From the human T2T-CHM13v2.0 reference genome, Homo sapiens, in assembly GCF_009914755.1 (NCBI RefSeq), contig NC_060936.1: 64,000 bases of DNA, one strand, 5' to 3'. The position numbers and the translations under genes are program-made. Positions within the stretch are counted from its first letter, which is position 1, and every line of letters begins with the position of its first letter. Shown here piece after piece: positions 29,373-45,389 of this stretch. The notes under the pieces were generated by a model that had not been told where the DNA came from, did not search any database, and saw only the letters and a program-made list of their open reading frames with translations.

Positions 29373-29550
29373 ATAGACACTGGAGACTCAGAAGGATGGG
29401 AAGGTGGGAGGGGAGTGAAGGATGAAAAGTGGCTTAATAGGTACAATGTACATTATTCAGAAAATGATTACACTAAAAGCCCAGACTTCATCATTATTTG
29501 AAATACTCATGTAAAAAAACTCACTTGTAGCACTTAAATTTATATAAATA
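29372..29550 (+). mobile_element. L1MA-type 3' fragment (probably transduced by the adjacent L1PA)
   Basis: atagacactggagactcagaagg...tacactaaaagcccagacttca L1MA 3' UTR motifs. Confidence 0.75.
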
Positions 29551-30109
29551 AGCAAATTTTTTAGATGCAAAAAAAAAGTTTGTCACCAGAAGAGAATAAG
29601 CAATAAAATATAAAGGTAAAATAGCCAATGGTAAGCAGAACCTCAACAAAATAATCCTTTATTGACTTTAGGCTAATCCTACCATAAATCATGGGAAGCC
29701 AACATTGCTACTTAATAGGAAAAAAAAAAATGCCATAATACTGAACCATGAGAGCAAAGCATATATTTAACAGCTAAATAACTCATGTTAAACAAGTTCA
29801 ATATTAAACATTATAATAAATAGAATTCTATGGCTTAGTATAAGCTATATGTATTATTTTTTGTTTTAATTTGGCAATTTGAGTTTTATATCTTAGATCA
29901 CATTTCAACTGAATGGCTGATTTTGCTAAAACTAATATACATTACTTCAAAATTTTTAAAGTGTTTTATCAGCTTAAAACATTAAAAATATGTGCAATGG
30001 TATCAGGTTCCAATATTCTTATTCGCTCGTGGGAATCTTAAATTATTTTCAATTTAATTAGAGTTATTAGTGTAGCCCCAATTTTTTATATGCAAATTAT
30101 CTCCCTTCC

Positions 30110-30240
30110 CCTGTCTCTCCTCTCTCTCTGCTCTGTGTGTGTGTGTGAGTGTGTGTGTGTGTGTGTATGTGTCTCCATCTCTCTTGCATGTGTGTGTATA
30201 TATATTTACATGCATACACACACACACATATATATGTGTA
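30110..30240. repeat. Compound (TC)/(TG)/(TA)/(CA) microsatellite
   Basis: Directly visible. Confidence 0.85.
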
Positions 30241-30554
30241 TGAAGATAGTCTAGTTGAGAAAGCATTTTATTGAATTTTGTTCTATTATGATAGTACTAT
30301 ACAGATATAAAGGCAAGAAAAAAATTCAGTTCAATCTTGACATCATGGAATATAATATTTAGATTCTGTTAGATTGCATTTAGTTGCTATATACTAAGGA
30401 GACAAATTATAGGTAAATTGCCCTTGAATGGCATCACAATCTGGTATCATTGAGTGTTAGAAGAGTTATGGGCCATGCAATATTAAACTGCCAATGTGCT
30501 TTCGTGGCACTTACACAAACTTCTGTCCTGCCACTTCTGTACATGACAATGATT

Positions 30555-30715
30555 TACTGACTTTCTATCCAATTGACTGTGAACTTGTGAACTCTTGGAC
30601 AGCAAAGAGTCATAATTTTTAAAAAATCTGAATCCCCAAAATCTAGCACAATGTCTGGCACATACCCACATAGAGTACATTCGATTTATCTTCACAGAGT
30701 GAATGAATGAATGAA
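30555..30715 (+). mobile_element. L2 3' end
   Basis: atctagcacaatgtctggcacata...(tgaa)n tail. Confidence 0.7.
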
Positions 30716-30776
30716 CAGACAAGCTTCCTTTAAACAGAGTTTGTTAATTCTGCTAAGGAGATTCATATTTATTCTT

Positions 30777-31057
30777 TTAGACAGAGTCTCACTCTGTCAC
30801 CCAGGTTGGAGTGCGATGGTGAAATCTCAGCTCACTGTAGCCTCCACCTCCTGGGTTCAAGCAATTCTCATGCCTCAGCCTCCCGAGGCCGGGACTGCAA
30901 GCATGTGCCACCATACCTGGCTAATTTTTGCATTTTTAGTAGAGATTGGGTTTCACCATGTTGGCCTGGCTGGTCTCGAACATCTGGCCTCAAGAGATCC
31001 GTCTGCTTCTGCCTCCCAAAGTGCTGGGATTACAGGCATGAGCCACTGTGCCCAGCC
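30777..31057 (-). mobile_element. AluJ SINE with nearly absent poly(A)
   Basis: cactgtagcctccacctcc and tggcctcaag J motifs; TSD catatttattctt at 30764-30776 and 31058-31070. Confidence 0.92.
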
Positions 31058-31299
31058 CATATTTATTCTTATTTTTAAAGTACTTTAAACAGTGCATTCT
31101 GTTTTAAATGGATGTATATTCTGCAGTGTTTACAATGTGTTAACAATGACATCATCCAACTAGCAGGCAAGTTTTAGGATTATAATAAAACAAGTAATGT
31201 TCATCTAATGGACAAGAACTCAGTATTTCTTGTAAATCCCACATTCAGAAAGAGACATAAAGCCACATAACCTGTCTGTAGGTTCCATATCCTTGTATC

Positions 31300-32130
31300 A
31301 ATTGAAAGCCCTGGATCCCTGGAACTCTATTTCTGCATTCCCCCAGACTCTGGTCTTTCTTGGTTTTCTGTCTATTTCTCTGTCTACACTTTTTGTTCCT
31401 TACAGGTACTTTCTTCCACATTAGTTGTTAAAATGTCTTTGACGCTCTTCTTTTTCTATGCATTTCTTTTGAGAGAGCATTCTTGATTAACTATTTCAAT
31501 ACCACCTAGGGAATAATAATTTCCAGATTTCTATCTTGACCTCTAGAGCTATATATCAAATTATCCTCCAGATATCTCTACCTCATAGTCTCATTAGCAA
31601 TTACTATTGCAACAATAAGTCAAGCAAGAAATATGTAAGAAGTATGTGAGTCTGAATTTTTCCTTTCATTTACTTTTCATGTTCAATTAATTACCAAGCC
31701 CTATCAATTCCCTTCCCTCTGCACCCACACTACCATCACCTCCCTACCTTACTTCAGGCCCATTAACTCATACCTCCTTCAATTCTGTTGACCCATTGCA
31801 GCCAAATAGACATTATGAAGTATAAATCAGACCCTTCTCCTCTCCTGCTTGATTAAGGTTCTTCGATGATTCACCACTGCATGGAGAAAAAATCCAAATC
31901 TTTTAACATGGTATTTAAAAGCCCATCATGATACAAACTCAACCTGCCATGATTCCCCTCACAGGGATTCCTCATTACATACTTCCCCTCACACACATTG
32001 TTACCCCATGAAATGGTTTCAATTCCATGAGTAAGATATGATCTTCTATTCCGTCATGCCTTCATATAAGCTGTTTTTTGTTTTGATAGCTTGATGTAGA
32101 CAACTCTGCGAATTTCTGTTCATCCCTTAA
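31300..32130 (+). mobile_element. L2 relic
   Basis: caattaattaccaagccctatcaattc, aaaatccaaatcttttaacatgg and other L2-like motifs. Confidence 0.55.
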
Positions 32131-33430
32131 AAGTCACAAATATATGCCATCCTAAAATGAGGAAATTACTGTTTCTTAAGGCAGCCCATTCAATGTCATC
32201 TAGAGTTGACACTGAGAAAGTTATTACTATAGCCTTAGTTGTATTCCTTGTAGTCACACAGAACAAATCTACATTTTTTTCTTTCACATGCTATATCATC
32301 AAATAATTTAACGCATATTGCTCCTAGTGCTTTAATTCCCTGAGGTAAATCTCCACAAAATCCTTTACATTTGCCTCTTTTCTTCTACCCCATTAAAAGT
32401 TGGTATCCAGGACTTTCTTGACCACATCCAGATGAGGTCTGATCACTCTAAAGTAAAGCTCAACACCACCCTTTATATTAGGTGCACTTCACAAACAACT
32501 CTCCACTACTCACAGGTGAAGTGACAAGTCCTGAACAGCCTTGCAGGGAGCTAGAAATCCTGAACTTGTGGGAACATTATGTGTTATTTCTCAGCTGCAT
32601 CTTCACCCCACTCTCCAGAGTAAGAAAATAAAATTGGATCTGAAGTCATTGATTACAAGAGTTAAATTTCACATAAAACGTGTGATGGACACAGGAGGGA
32701 AAGAGCCATGGGAGAACGTACATAGGAAAGATTATCCATATTTTTTAATAGGAGGTTTGCCACTCACAGTAGAGGAAAAAAGCACAGAAGCACCACTAAC
32801 TATGGCTTCTTGAACATACCTTTCTATTCCCCAAGTCCTACGAGGTGCCATTTTTCTTTTATTAAGCCATTTTAGTAACCAAAACCAGGTAAAAGTGTTG
32901 CCTCTCCCAGGAATGCTTACCTTTAAACAAATATCAAGGTCTTAAACATTAGATATAAAGCCCTGACAGAATTTTATCTATCAGCCCTCAGGTAAGAGAC
33001 AGAAATATTGCTCTCGCCACTTAGTTCATAGAACAGAAGCAGTCGCCTAAAGATGTACCTTGCAGTTGTAAATGAAATTCTATGGTGCTCAAACTGGTCC
33101 TATTACAATATGTGAACATTCACAATTAACTGTAAGATTATAAGCACAACATTTGGAGTAACATCTACAGATTAACACCTGGCTCAAATATTGCAGAAGC
33201 ATCTACATCTTAGAGGAACTTAAAAGCACACATATATCGCCCATTTCTCATTTCAATTACAAAAATACAGGCCAAGTTTTGGACATAGAGCCGGATGATA
33301 TATTTTTTTGCATTATTTTTCAATAACTCTTTAAACAAATACCAAGGTAGACACTCTTGGCCCTATTAAATTATATTTAATTAAGTAATCAGCTCTTAAA
33401 TTTAAAATATCAGGTTTAAAATGTTACTTT

Positions 33431-33708
<278 letters not shown>

Positions 33709-34506
33709 TAAAAATGTTACTTTTACTAATGCTACTTCATGGACACCTAGCTTAGTGTCCTGTCTACCTTGAACTCAATATCTAATTAAAGAAAAAGATT
33801 GCCTTAATATATTAATCCATTTTGTCCAAATCTCTTTAAAACTTAACATTAGTATAGTGACTACATGCTCCCTTAAGTGTTATGTTTCACATCTCCATAT
33901 CATTTGAGTTTAAATATTATTTAATATAAATATCACTTAGTTTCTGAATCTCTCATTACTATAGAAAAAAGTCTACCTACTCTTCTTCAGAAATATCAAA
34001 TTTAAGGTGTTATACCATATTTAGTTTTTCATTAAGTTAAACGACCTAAATTTAGTAGTTATTAATGTAAAACATAAAACTTGCTCTTCCCACAGTTCTC
34101 TCCATCTCACATAATGGCAAATCCCTCATTCTATTTGTTTAGGACAAAAGTTTAAGTCAGTTGTGACATTACTCATGTTGCCTTTCTAACCTTAATTCTA
34201 CCACTTGCCCTAGTTCACTCCACTCCAGCCACAAGCATCATTTCTACCCCTTGAATATGATTTGCCCAGCAAAGCTCTCATCTCAGGTACTTTCACTTCT
34301 TCCCTCTGCCTGGATAGCTTGTCCTCCATTTAGCCATGTAGCTCATGCCCTCACCTCCCAAGACCTCAATCAACTATGCAAACTCCCTTGCTCAGCAACA
34401 CTCCCCACTTCCCTTCCCTGCTTAATTTTCTTCCCATGGCATCTATCAACATCCAACATACTATATATTTACTTACTTATTTTGTTTATTTTTTTGTATC
34501 CTCCCA

Positions 34507-35565
34507 TGTGGTATGCAGAATTCCAAAGATATACTCCCGAGATTTTCATCCCTTGATTATTCAAACAAACACTAATCTAAGCACTGCTATACAGAGATTC
34601 TGCAGATGTAATTATGGTTGCTAATCAGCTGATGTTAAGAGAGGGAGATTACCCTGGACTATCTAGGAGGACACAATGTAATCATCTGTACCCCGAAAAG
34701 GCAGAGAAAGCCAAAAGAGCCCACAAGAGAAATGCAGTGGAAGAGGAAGAAAGGGAACAGATGGGGGAAGGGGAAGTCAAAGAGCTTCAGAGCATGAGAC
34801 AGACTCAACATGCCATTGCTGGTTTGAGGTGAAGGAGGAAATATGATTAGAATGACAGGCACCCTGAATAAGGCCAGAGAGCCTCCTGATGATGGCTACC
34901 TTGGTAATATGGTTTAGTTGTGTCCCCACCCAAAATCTCACCTTGAATTGTAATCCCTATAATCCCCACATGTCAAGGGTGAGGCCAGGTAGAGGTAAGT
35001 GGATCATGAGGCTAGTTTCCCCCATGCTGTTCTCATGATAGTGAGTGAGTCTCATGAGATCTGATGGTTTTATAAGCATCTGGCATTTCCCTTGCTTGCA
35101 CTCACTCCATCCTGCTGCCCTGTGAAGAAGGTACCTGCTTTTCCTTTGCCTTGTGCCATGATTGTAAGTTTCCTGAGGCCTCCCCAGCAATGTGGAACTG
35201 TGAGTCAATTAACCCTCCTTCCTTTATAAATTACCCAGTCTCAGGTATTTCTTCATAGCAGTGTGAGAATGAACTAATACACAAAGAAACAGTCACCTCA
35301 GTCCTACATTTGCAAACAAACAAATTCTAACAATAGCCTGAATGAGCTTGGAAGTGGATTCTCCCCAAAGTCTCTGGAAAGAAACAAAGCCCTGTTGTGA
35401 AAAGGTGAAACATATCCCTTAATTTCAGTCTTGTGAAACCCAGAGCAGAGACCCACCTGAGCTACACTGTGCCTGGACATCTGACCTAAAGATAATTACT
35501 GGATATTGTATTAAGTCATTAAATTTGTGGTAATTTGCTATGGCAGCAATAAAAAGATGAATATA
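34507..35565 (+). mobile_element. MLT1 (MLT1E-like) MaLR LTR interrupted by THE1
   Basis: tgtggtatgcagaattc start, tgcagatgtaatta...agggagattaccctgga, aaatttgtggtaatttgctatggcagcaata end. Confidence 0.8.
34905..35281 (+). mobile_element. THE1 (THE1D-like) solo LTR
   Basis: atatggttt...tgtgtccccacccaaaatctcaccttgaattgta...ataaattacccagtctcaggtatttc...actaataca. Confidence 0.88.
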
Positions 35566-35683
35566 CCCTATTAGATTACAGGCCTGATGAAGGCAGGGAT
35601 TTTCATCCAGTTTGTTTTGTTTTGTTTTGTTTTCAGTGCTCTGACCAGAATTCAGAATAGAATCTGACAATAGGAGGCAATAA

Positions 35684-36753
<1,070 letters not shown>

Positions 36754-36918
36754 AAATTTTTAGCCCAAAAATGTTGCATAAAAATATTTAAAATTAAAAT
36801 GTGGAAGGTAAGTTGTTTTGAAAGCTCTTCATTCAGTAGTTTGTTTCTCTTCAAGTTAGCAGCGGCTATCAGTTCTATGAATTGGACATAGGAAACAGTC
36901 AAATACCACTTCCTAAAG

Positions 36919-37178
36919 CAGTGTTTTTCAATCTACAGGTTGCAACACATAAACAGGTGATAACAGCAATTTATGAGGTTGAGATCATCAGAAGGAAGGA
37001 AAGGAGGAAGGGAGGGAGGGAGAGAGGGAGGGAAGATAATAAAATCAAAACATTATAATGCAACCTTAATTTTAATGTAGCATACATGAGTGTGCATATG
37101 CATGTTGTGTGTGTAGTAGATCACTAAGTAAGATGTATTTCTTACTGTGAGTTGCATTAAAATAATTAGAAAAACGCT
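36919..37178. mobile_element. hAT-Charlie-type DNA transposon relic with an internal GGAA/GGGA repeat
   Basis: cagtgtttttcaa left terminus and degenerate tagaaaaacgct right terminus. Confidence 0.5.
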
Positions 37179-37846
37179 AAAGGTCATTACAGTCTGTGCT
37201 GTGGACCAGAATGTAATTTAGGGCCTGACTGGAAGTGAGATGAAGACAAATGAATGGGGATGTGTCTGTTAAGAAAGAGCTGATCAAGAAAGAACCACAC
37301 TATTCTAAACCTGTACTTAAATTTGCAAGGCTAGAGAGAGCATGATGATTGAAGAATTTACACGAATTGCACCACCTTAAGGTAAGGAAATGAACTTTTT
37401 TCCTCTTGCTGTGTACATCATTTCCCATGGGTCTGAATTAGCACCCCTGGACACTGTTTAGATCCACCAGCAGAGCAGAGTCACTGAGATTTGGTATGAA
37501 ATCCAAATGGAAGAGTACAACCTGAGGCTTTAATCAGCAAAGCATCACAAGATGCTATTTCTTTTCTTCCTTACAGTGAAAGGATTAAAAACCTAATACT
37601 TATCTATCTTCTGAGATTTTCAGTTATTACTGTCATTTAAATGTAGCTGGAAAGGAAGTTAGAAATCTTCTTGTCACATGGATCCCAAGAATAAACCTTG
37701 GTTAGAGAAATTTGAAATTGAATCTAGCACAACTTCCTCATTCTTATGCTATTCTATTGTTACAATATTACTCTTAACTTATATTTACCACTGATTCCAG
37801 TGTTTGTTGTCAATAGACTGCATATGGGTAAAGGAAAGAATAATGT

Positions 37847-38155
37847 GGTTGGGTGTGGTCGCTCACACCTGTAATCTCAGCACTTTGGGAGTCCAAGGTG
37901 GGCGGATCACTTGAGGCCAGGAGTCAGAGACCAGCCTGGGCAGCACAGCAAAACCCCGTTGTTACTAAAAATAAAAAAAAAAAAAAATAGCTGGGTGTGG
38001 TGGGGCATGCCAGTAATCCTAGCTACTTGGGAGGCTAAGGCATGAGAATCGCTTGAACTCAAGAGGTGGAGGTTGCAGTGAGCTAAGACTGTGCCACTGC
38101 ACTCCAGCCTGAGCAGCAGAGTAAGACTTTGTCTCAAAAAAAGGAGAAAAAAAGA
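37847..38155 (+). mobile_element. Alu SINE (AluJb/old AluS)
   Basis: Dimeric Alu; TSD aaagaataatgt / aaagaataacat (CpG-decay pair). Confidence 0.93.
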
Positions 38156-40879
38156 AAAGAATAACATAACTGTACACTACTCATTCCTCCATTCAATGGC
38201 ATACTCCTTGTGGGCTTGGATCAAGCCATGCATTCTCTTTAGTATCTACTATGGTTGGGTAAATTGAATAAGATAATACCTGCAATGTACTCAGCAGAGT
38301 GCCCAGATCACAGTAAGAGCTAAGTAAATGCTTCTGTATTTGCTTTTGTTGTTTTAATTCTAATATGAGTACTATTAATATAAAATGTGCTGCATAGGAA
38401 ATTCTTAATATATTTTGATTTTCATTGCATTATACAATAAAATAATATCATAATGCATACCTTTAAAATCAACTTATATTTGAAGGAACATTTAAAAATT
38501 ACAGAGCTCTTATCTGCTCAAGCCACTTTAAATAAATGCATAAAGTGAAAGATTTCAATTAGTTAAAAATTAGCCAGAAAATTTCTTCTTAAGTATATGA
38601 AAAGTCAATAGACCTGGGACATATGATTCATAAAGGTAATCTTCCTAAAAACAATGTAAAGTCTTATATAATACGAAGTTAGGTAAGAGACCAAGTTTCT
38701 CTAACCTGATCCTTAGGTAAGAATCAACATTAAAAACTGCACTGACCACTGTATTTTGTAGCTTGGTGTCCATACCATTAGGCAAGGACTATAAATCCTA
38801 AAAACAGAATATTATTTCCTTTAGATCTTCCACGAAGAAAGAATATCAAAACACCCCACACACACACACACACACACAGAATCACAGTCTGTTTTTTTCC
38901 GATGATTTCAACCATGTTAAATATTTTCTTTTCTTATATTTTACAAGCTCTGCAGCATCTTTCCCCCCTGTTACTTTTGTGTTGTATAATTAGCTTATAA
39001 TTATGCACTCTTTCACACTGGAAAGATGATTCTTTTATTAATGACCCTTTGAAAAGTTCTTTATTTGTCTTTGAAAGTGAGTTTGAAATCAAAAGGCTTG
39101 AATGACTTTTCCTTTCCTTCTGTTTAACTTAGGAGATCTTAAAAGTAATAAAAGAGACGGTTATAGATGTCACAGAAAGTCATAAATTTTCCACCTTTAG
39201 ACTGAGAAATGGGGTTTGGGAAACAACTGTTGCATCTTCCACTCTTTCCAAATTAAATGCTTGGGTGTGTGAAGAACAGGTATGCAACAAAACACTCAAG
39301 TTCCAAAAATGACTGTCTATTCTTTACCTTTTCCCCCTGTTAGCACCAATAGGAAATGGGTCAGAACCAAAAAAATTCCAGAATCCGATAGAAAAACAGA
39401 AGAAGACTATAATTCACATTTGTAGTAAGTACAATATAGGCTCAAAATTAGTCTTAAGTGGAAAAATCACTCAGACCCTGATTTGTAGTCAATTCGGGAA
39501 GGTGCCACTCATCTCTGCTGAGGCCATGCAAGCCTTATTACTATTTCTGGCTGACTGCTATTTATTTAACAGGCTTACCCAAGCACTCCAGATTGGCTAT
39601 GGGCCATTATAAGGGAGAGTGTACATTATTGCATATTTTAATTATTTCTCAAGCCATTTTGCTTGCAGTGATAATCCCATAAGACCAACATATCTTGCAT
39701 AAGCAAAGCAAATAGCTTTTGGCTGAGACAGCTCTTGAGTTATTTTGTAACCTATTCCTACATAACTTCTGGCCTTTCCAATTGTGGCTGGGACCTGCCA
39801 AATCAGGAGTTCAATGGCTTTTTGGCTCATGGTGATCACAACCACATTATTGAAAACAGACATATGGACAGTAATACCAATGATTAAAATAATGACTCAA
39901 ATTTGTTTTCAAAAGTAGTGCTATTTATGCATGATGGAAACACTTCTTCTATCTGCCTCTATTCAACATTTCCTCTATCCAACACTTCCACTGTGGGCAA
40001 AGTAACACATGCCTAGAGCTATTTTAAGAATTTTTCTTATCGCCTCCAATCTTTTCACTATTTCAGTGGAGATGGCTGAGCAATAATAGCCTGATGACCT
40101 TGAAAACTTTTTGCTTCATTTGTAGCACCAGGGAAATTTGCCCAAATTGTTTGGTGGGCCAAACTAAATTGCACATTTTTGCCTTTCTATTTGGAATGCC
40201 ATAGTGTTCCTTTGGTTGAAAATGTCTAAGTAGCTCCATTTTCACAAGCAGCATTTTTCTTGTGAAAGAATAAAAGGATAAGAATTTACTTTGGTTGTAC
40301 TCAAGAAGCTCCTTCTTTCAAGTCTTTCTCTCTCCTCTTATATATGATGATTTTTCTTTTCAAAATGGGAGTGACAGACTCTTAGAAATAGAGGGTATCT
40401 TAAAAGAAACTAAATCTAAACACCTACTGTTGTATGAAAACCCTCTATAATGTCTTAAATAAGGTCCTCCATTACCAGCTATTCTTTGGGACAAAAGAGA
40501 TTAAAGAAAAATAGAAAGTGCTATCCTCTATATAGAGGATAATGTCTTATAACTAAAACAAATTATAGGATGTAGATGTGATTTTCCCTACTCATGAGTT
40601 CTCAGTCTCTCATCCACCTTGTTTCATTACATTTGGAAGAATTTGTGAAGCAGACACTCCATTTTAAATTTGGGTCATTGAGAATATGGTCAACAGGCCA
40701 AAAGGGAGTAAAACAGCACTTCCAAATTTTTTTTTTTCCATGAGAATTTAGACTGCATGGTCTTGACCTTTTCATTTCAATGATCCAGAAAGTTAGAGAT
40801 ATTTTTAAAGGTCGACCTCTTAAGAAAAGAACTATACGATACTTTTACCATTATTGCTTAAGAATAAGTTAAATTATTA

Positions 40880-41130
40880 GTACAAAGTACAGGTTAAAAG
40901 ATTGGGTTTTGGAATGGAACTACATGTTTTGAAACCTGGCTTCCTAATTAATTAGCTATATGTCCTTGGGAAGTTACATAACATTTGGAAGTTTTGGTTT
41001 ACTCATCTGTAAAAGGAGATAATAACACTATCTTCTCCACTGGGCTATTAGGAAGATTAAGTGAGCTAACTCATGTAAAGCATTTTGTTCAGTGTATGGC
41101 ATATGTTTTAAGTATACAATAAATAATAGC
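40880..41130 (+). mobile_element. MIR SINE
   Basis: agctatatgtccttgggaagtt...ctcatctgtaaaaggagataata...gattaagtgag. Confidence 0.75.
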
Positions 41131-42442
41131 TTCCCCTTGTTCACTGAAGTAATAAAAACAAAGAATTTGGTTGTCAAGAGCTCACAATTTTAAAAATTTG
41201 TTTCAGAATCTCAAAACGTTAATGAATTTCCTTAAGTCCTGTTTTTGGACTGAGAATTAATAGTGCTAGGGAAAATATTTTCATGGTATAAATAGCTTAT
41301 AAGGAAAATTTACATTGCCAGAATGTTTTTAACAAATTAATACGGATTATATCATGTGCTAGCTCACTGAATAATATAATTATCCTAACTAATTGATCAT
41401 GCATCCAATGGGTTTTGAAAAGGTGTGACACTTAGCTAACAGGTTAGAGTCAAGAAAAATTTCATGAAATATGTTTTTATTCATGCCATTTGAAACTTAG
41501 TCACTTCTGTGTATGTCTGATCAGTCAATGTATTAAATATATTACTTGGCAGACTAAATTACATATCTAGATGAGATCATAAAATAAGCCTCTTGTATAT
41601 GTCTGGACAAGGTTTAAAAGTCTGCTATATCAAGTAGTATTGTAAATTAGCCAGTCTCTACTTTTATGTTACTTTTTATAAAACATCAATTTATACCATT
41701 ACTCTGTTCTATTCTTCAAATATTCAACTCTAATTTATAGTATGCTTTTCCTAAAAGCAAAACAAAACAAAACCTTCCTTTGCTAATTCTATAAAGAAAA
41801 GAATTCAAATTCTGCCAGTCTGGAATACCCATGTGGCAAATTAGGAAATCAAAGAACAAAGCTATTTTTCAGTTCTCTACCATCACCGAGAGGTCAGTAA
41901 TTACAAAGCTGAAATACATCAGTGTCTTAAGAATATTCTTTTTGTATTGATCTTGAGAATCTGAAACTCTTCCTAGTAGCCCATTACAATAATTGTAAAC
42001 CTTAACCACTAGAAAACTATTTAATGATTCAGATATCAGGGAGATCAAAATAATTACTTTCATAAAACTAAAAGAATCTCAGTTAAAAAACTGTATTAAA
42101 AGTAATATATAAAATAATGTTTTCAGAATTTATTTAGATTACTATACATTAGAAAAATAAAGGATTGGGGTCACCCTCCCAGAATTTAACATGCATCCTC
42201 AGTGGGGAAAGGAGGTTCACATTACCCTCAGTATTTTATGAAGGAGCAAACAGTGTTTATTGATCAGATAATATGACAGTTGATGGTACTCTATGGAAGA
42301 TGTTGTTCTGAGTGAAATAAAAATGTTTTATGAAAAAAGCGAACTAAGAAAAAAATGGGGAAAACATATCTTGCAAAACTATACTCTTCCATTCCACAAT
42401 TGCCACTTAAATTGGTTACTGCACAAGCTCCGTTCTCTATTA

Positions 42443-44053
<1,611 letters not shown>

Positions 44054-45389
44054 CTAAATGTGGTAGGAACATTTCTGTCAGTGAATGCTTGGTAAAGCAG
44101 GAACAATTAGTGACTAGATTAGAATAAGCTGTTAAAAGTCTGATACAGAAGCAGTATGTGCCGTCATCAAAAACATTTATTTGCATATGACTTTTTAATG
44201 CCTTTTTGTTCAATGCATTAATCAAAGTAAAATAAACCTCTGGCCTAGGTACCCTGCAATGGGACTGAGGCCAGCCCCATTCTCAAAGTGGGTGGTTGCT
44301 GATAAAGCTTGTGTTCTTCTAGGGGAGAGTAAGAGGACTAGGCAGGAAGTGGAGGCAGACAGTGGGCACCCACATGCTCAGTATTCTTCTGCTCAGTTTC
44401 CCTGAAAATGAACAAATCCAGTGATTCTTGAAATTGCCACCATTTTTCTGGAAGATCCAACCAGTCCCAGAAGCCAGAGTCATTCCTTTCAATTTTGCCT
44501 GAGAGGGCAACTGTCACCAAATGGTACCATGAACTTGGATAATTCGTATCTGGCAGCCAATTGCCTGTAAACCCAGTCCAATAAGCTGTCAGGCTTCCAT
44601 ATTCATTTTGTCAACCTTGAATAAGGACACTAAGTGTGTTGGATTAATGAAAATTTTGGACCTTACTCATCATATTATGATAAGATTCTAGTTTGTCTTC
44701 ATTATTTTTTTTCAGCATTTCTTCTTCAAATAGTAATCCTACTGTGAAAAGATAAAACTTTTGCCTGCTAAAATTAAAAACAGCTTAAAATCAAACATTT
44801 GTTAAAAGATTATGCTTTCAGTAATTTTAAAAGTGTAATTGTTATAAAAACAGATATTACAATGGAAAAGCAGGAGATCTTAAGTTGTTTAATGGCATAA
44901 ACATAAGGAGACCCATTGCAAATGAGATCGGCACATCATACATTTATATTAATCTTCCCATTGAAGATGAGTGAAACCAATGTGCAATAAGTCAGGCTAA
45001 GTAGTTCGCTCAGATTTTTCTAAGACAGAGCAAATCACACATATTTCCTACCTCTTATCCTTCTGTGTGAGACCAAGAAACTCAAGTGTAACATACAGCT
45101 TTGACATATAATCCTCAATAGAACCTTCAAGAGGCAGATACCATTTCTGCCACTGTAGATATAAATTGGAATGTTTTCTGTGTTTGATTCAAACACAAAT
45201 CTATCTCTATGAAAGCAAAAAAATAAGAGGCAGACTTCTGTCCCTATCTTCTCGTGCTCTGGGTGAATATTTTCTTAGCTAAGAATGAGTCCATTTGTTT
45301 TAATTTGCCAAATGGTTTATATTACATTATACACGTTAATATTCTGCCTTCTCTACATTTCTTTATTAGGTCACATTTTAAGCGAGTGA

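Noticed and set aside
34897-34906. Mismatch of THE1 TSDs (cttgg vs caaag), possibly from a 2-bp micro-inversion
   Set aside because: Too short to distinguish from ordinary substitutions.
44170-44190. Octamer motif ATTTGCAT near the exon (also at ~50303)
   Set aside because: Expected by chance in AT-rich DNA; no supporting evidence.
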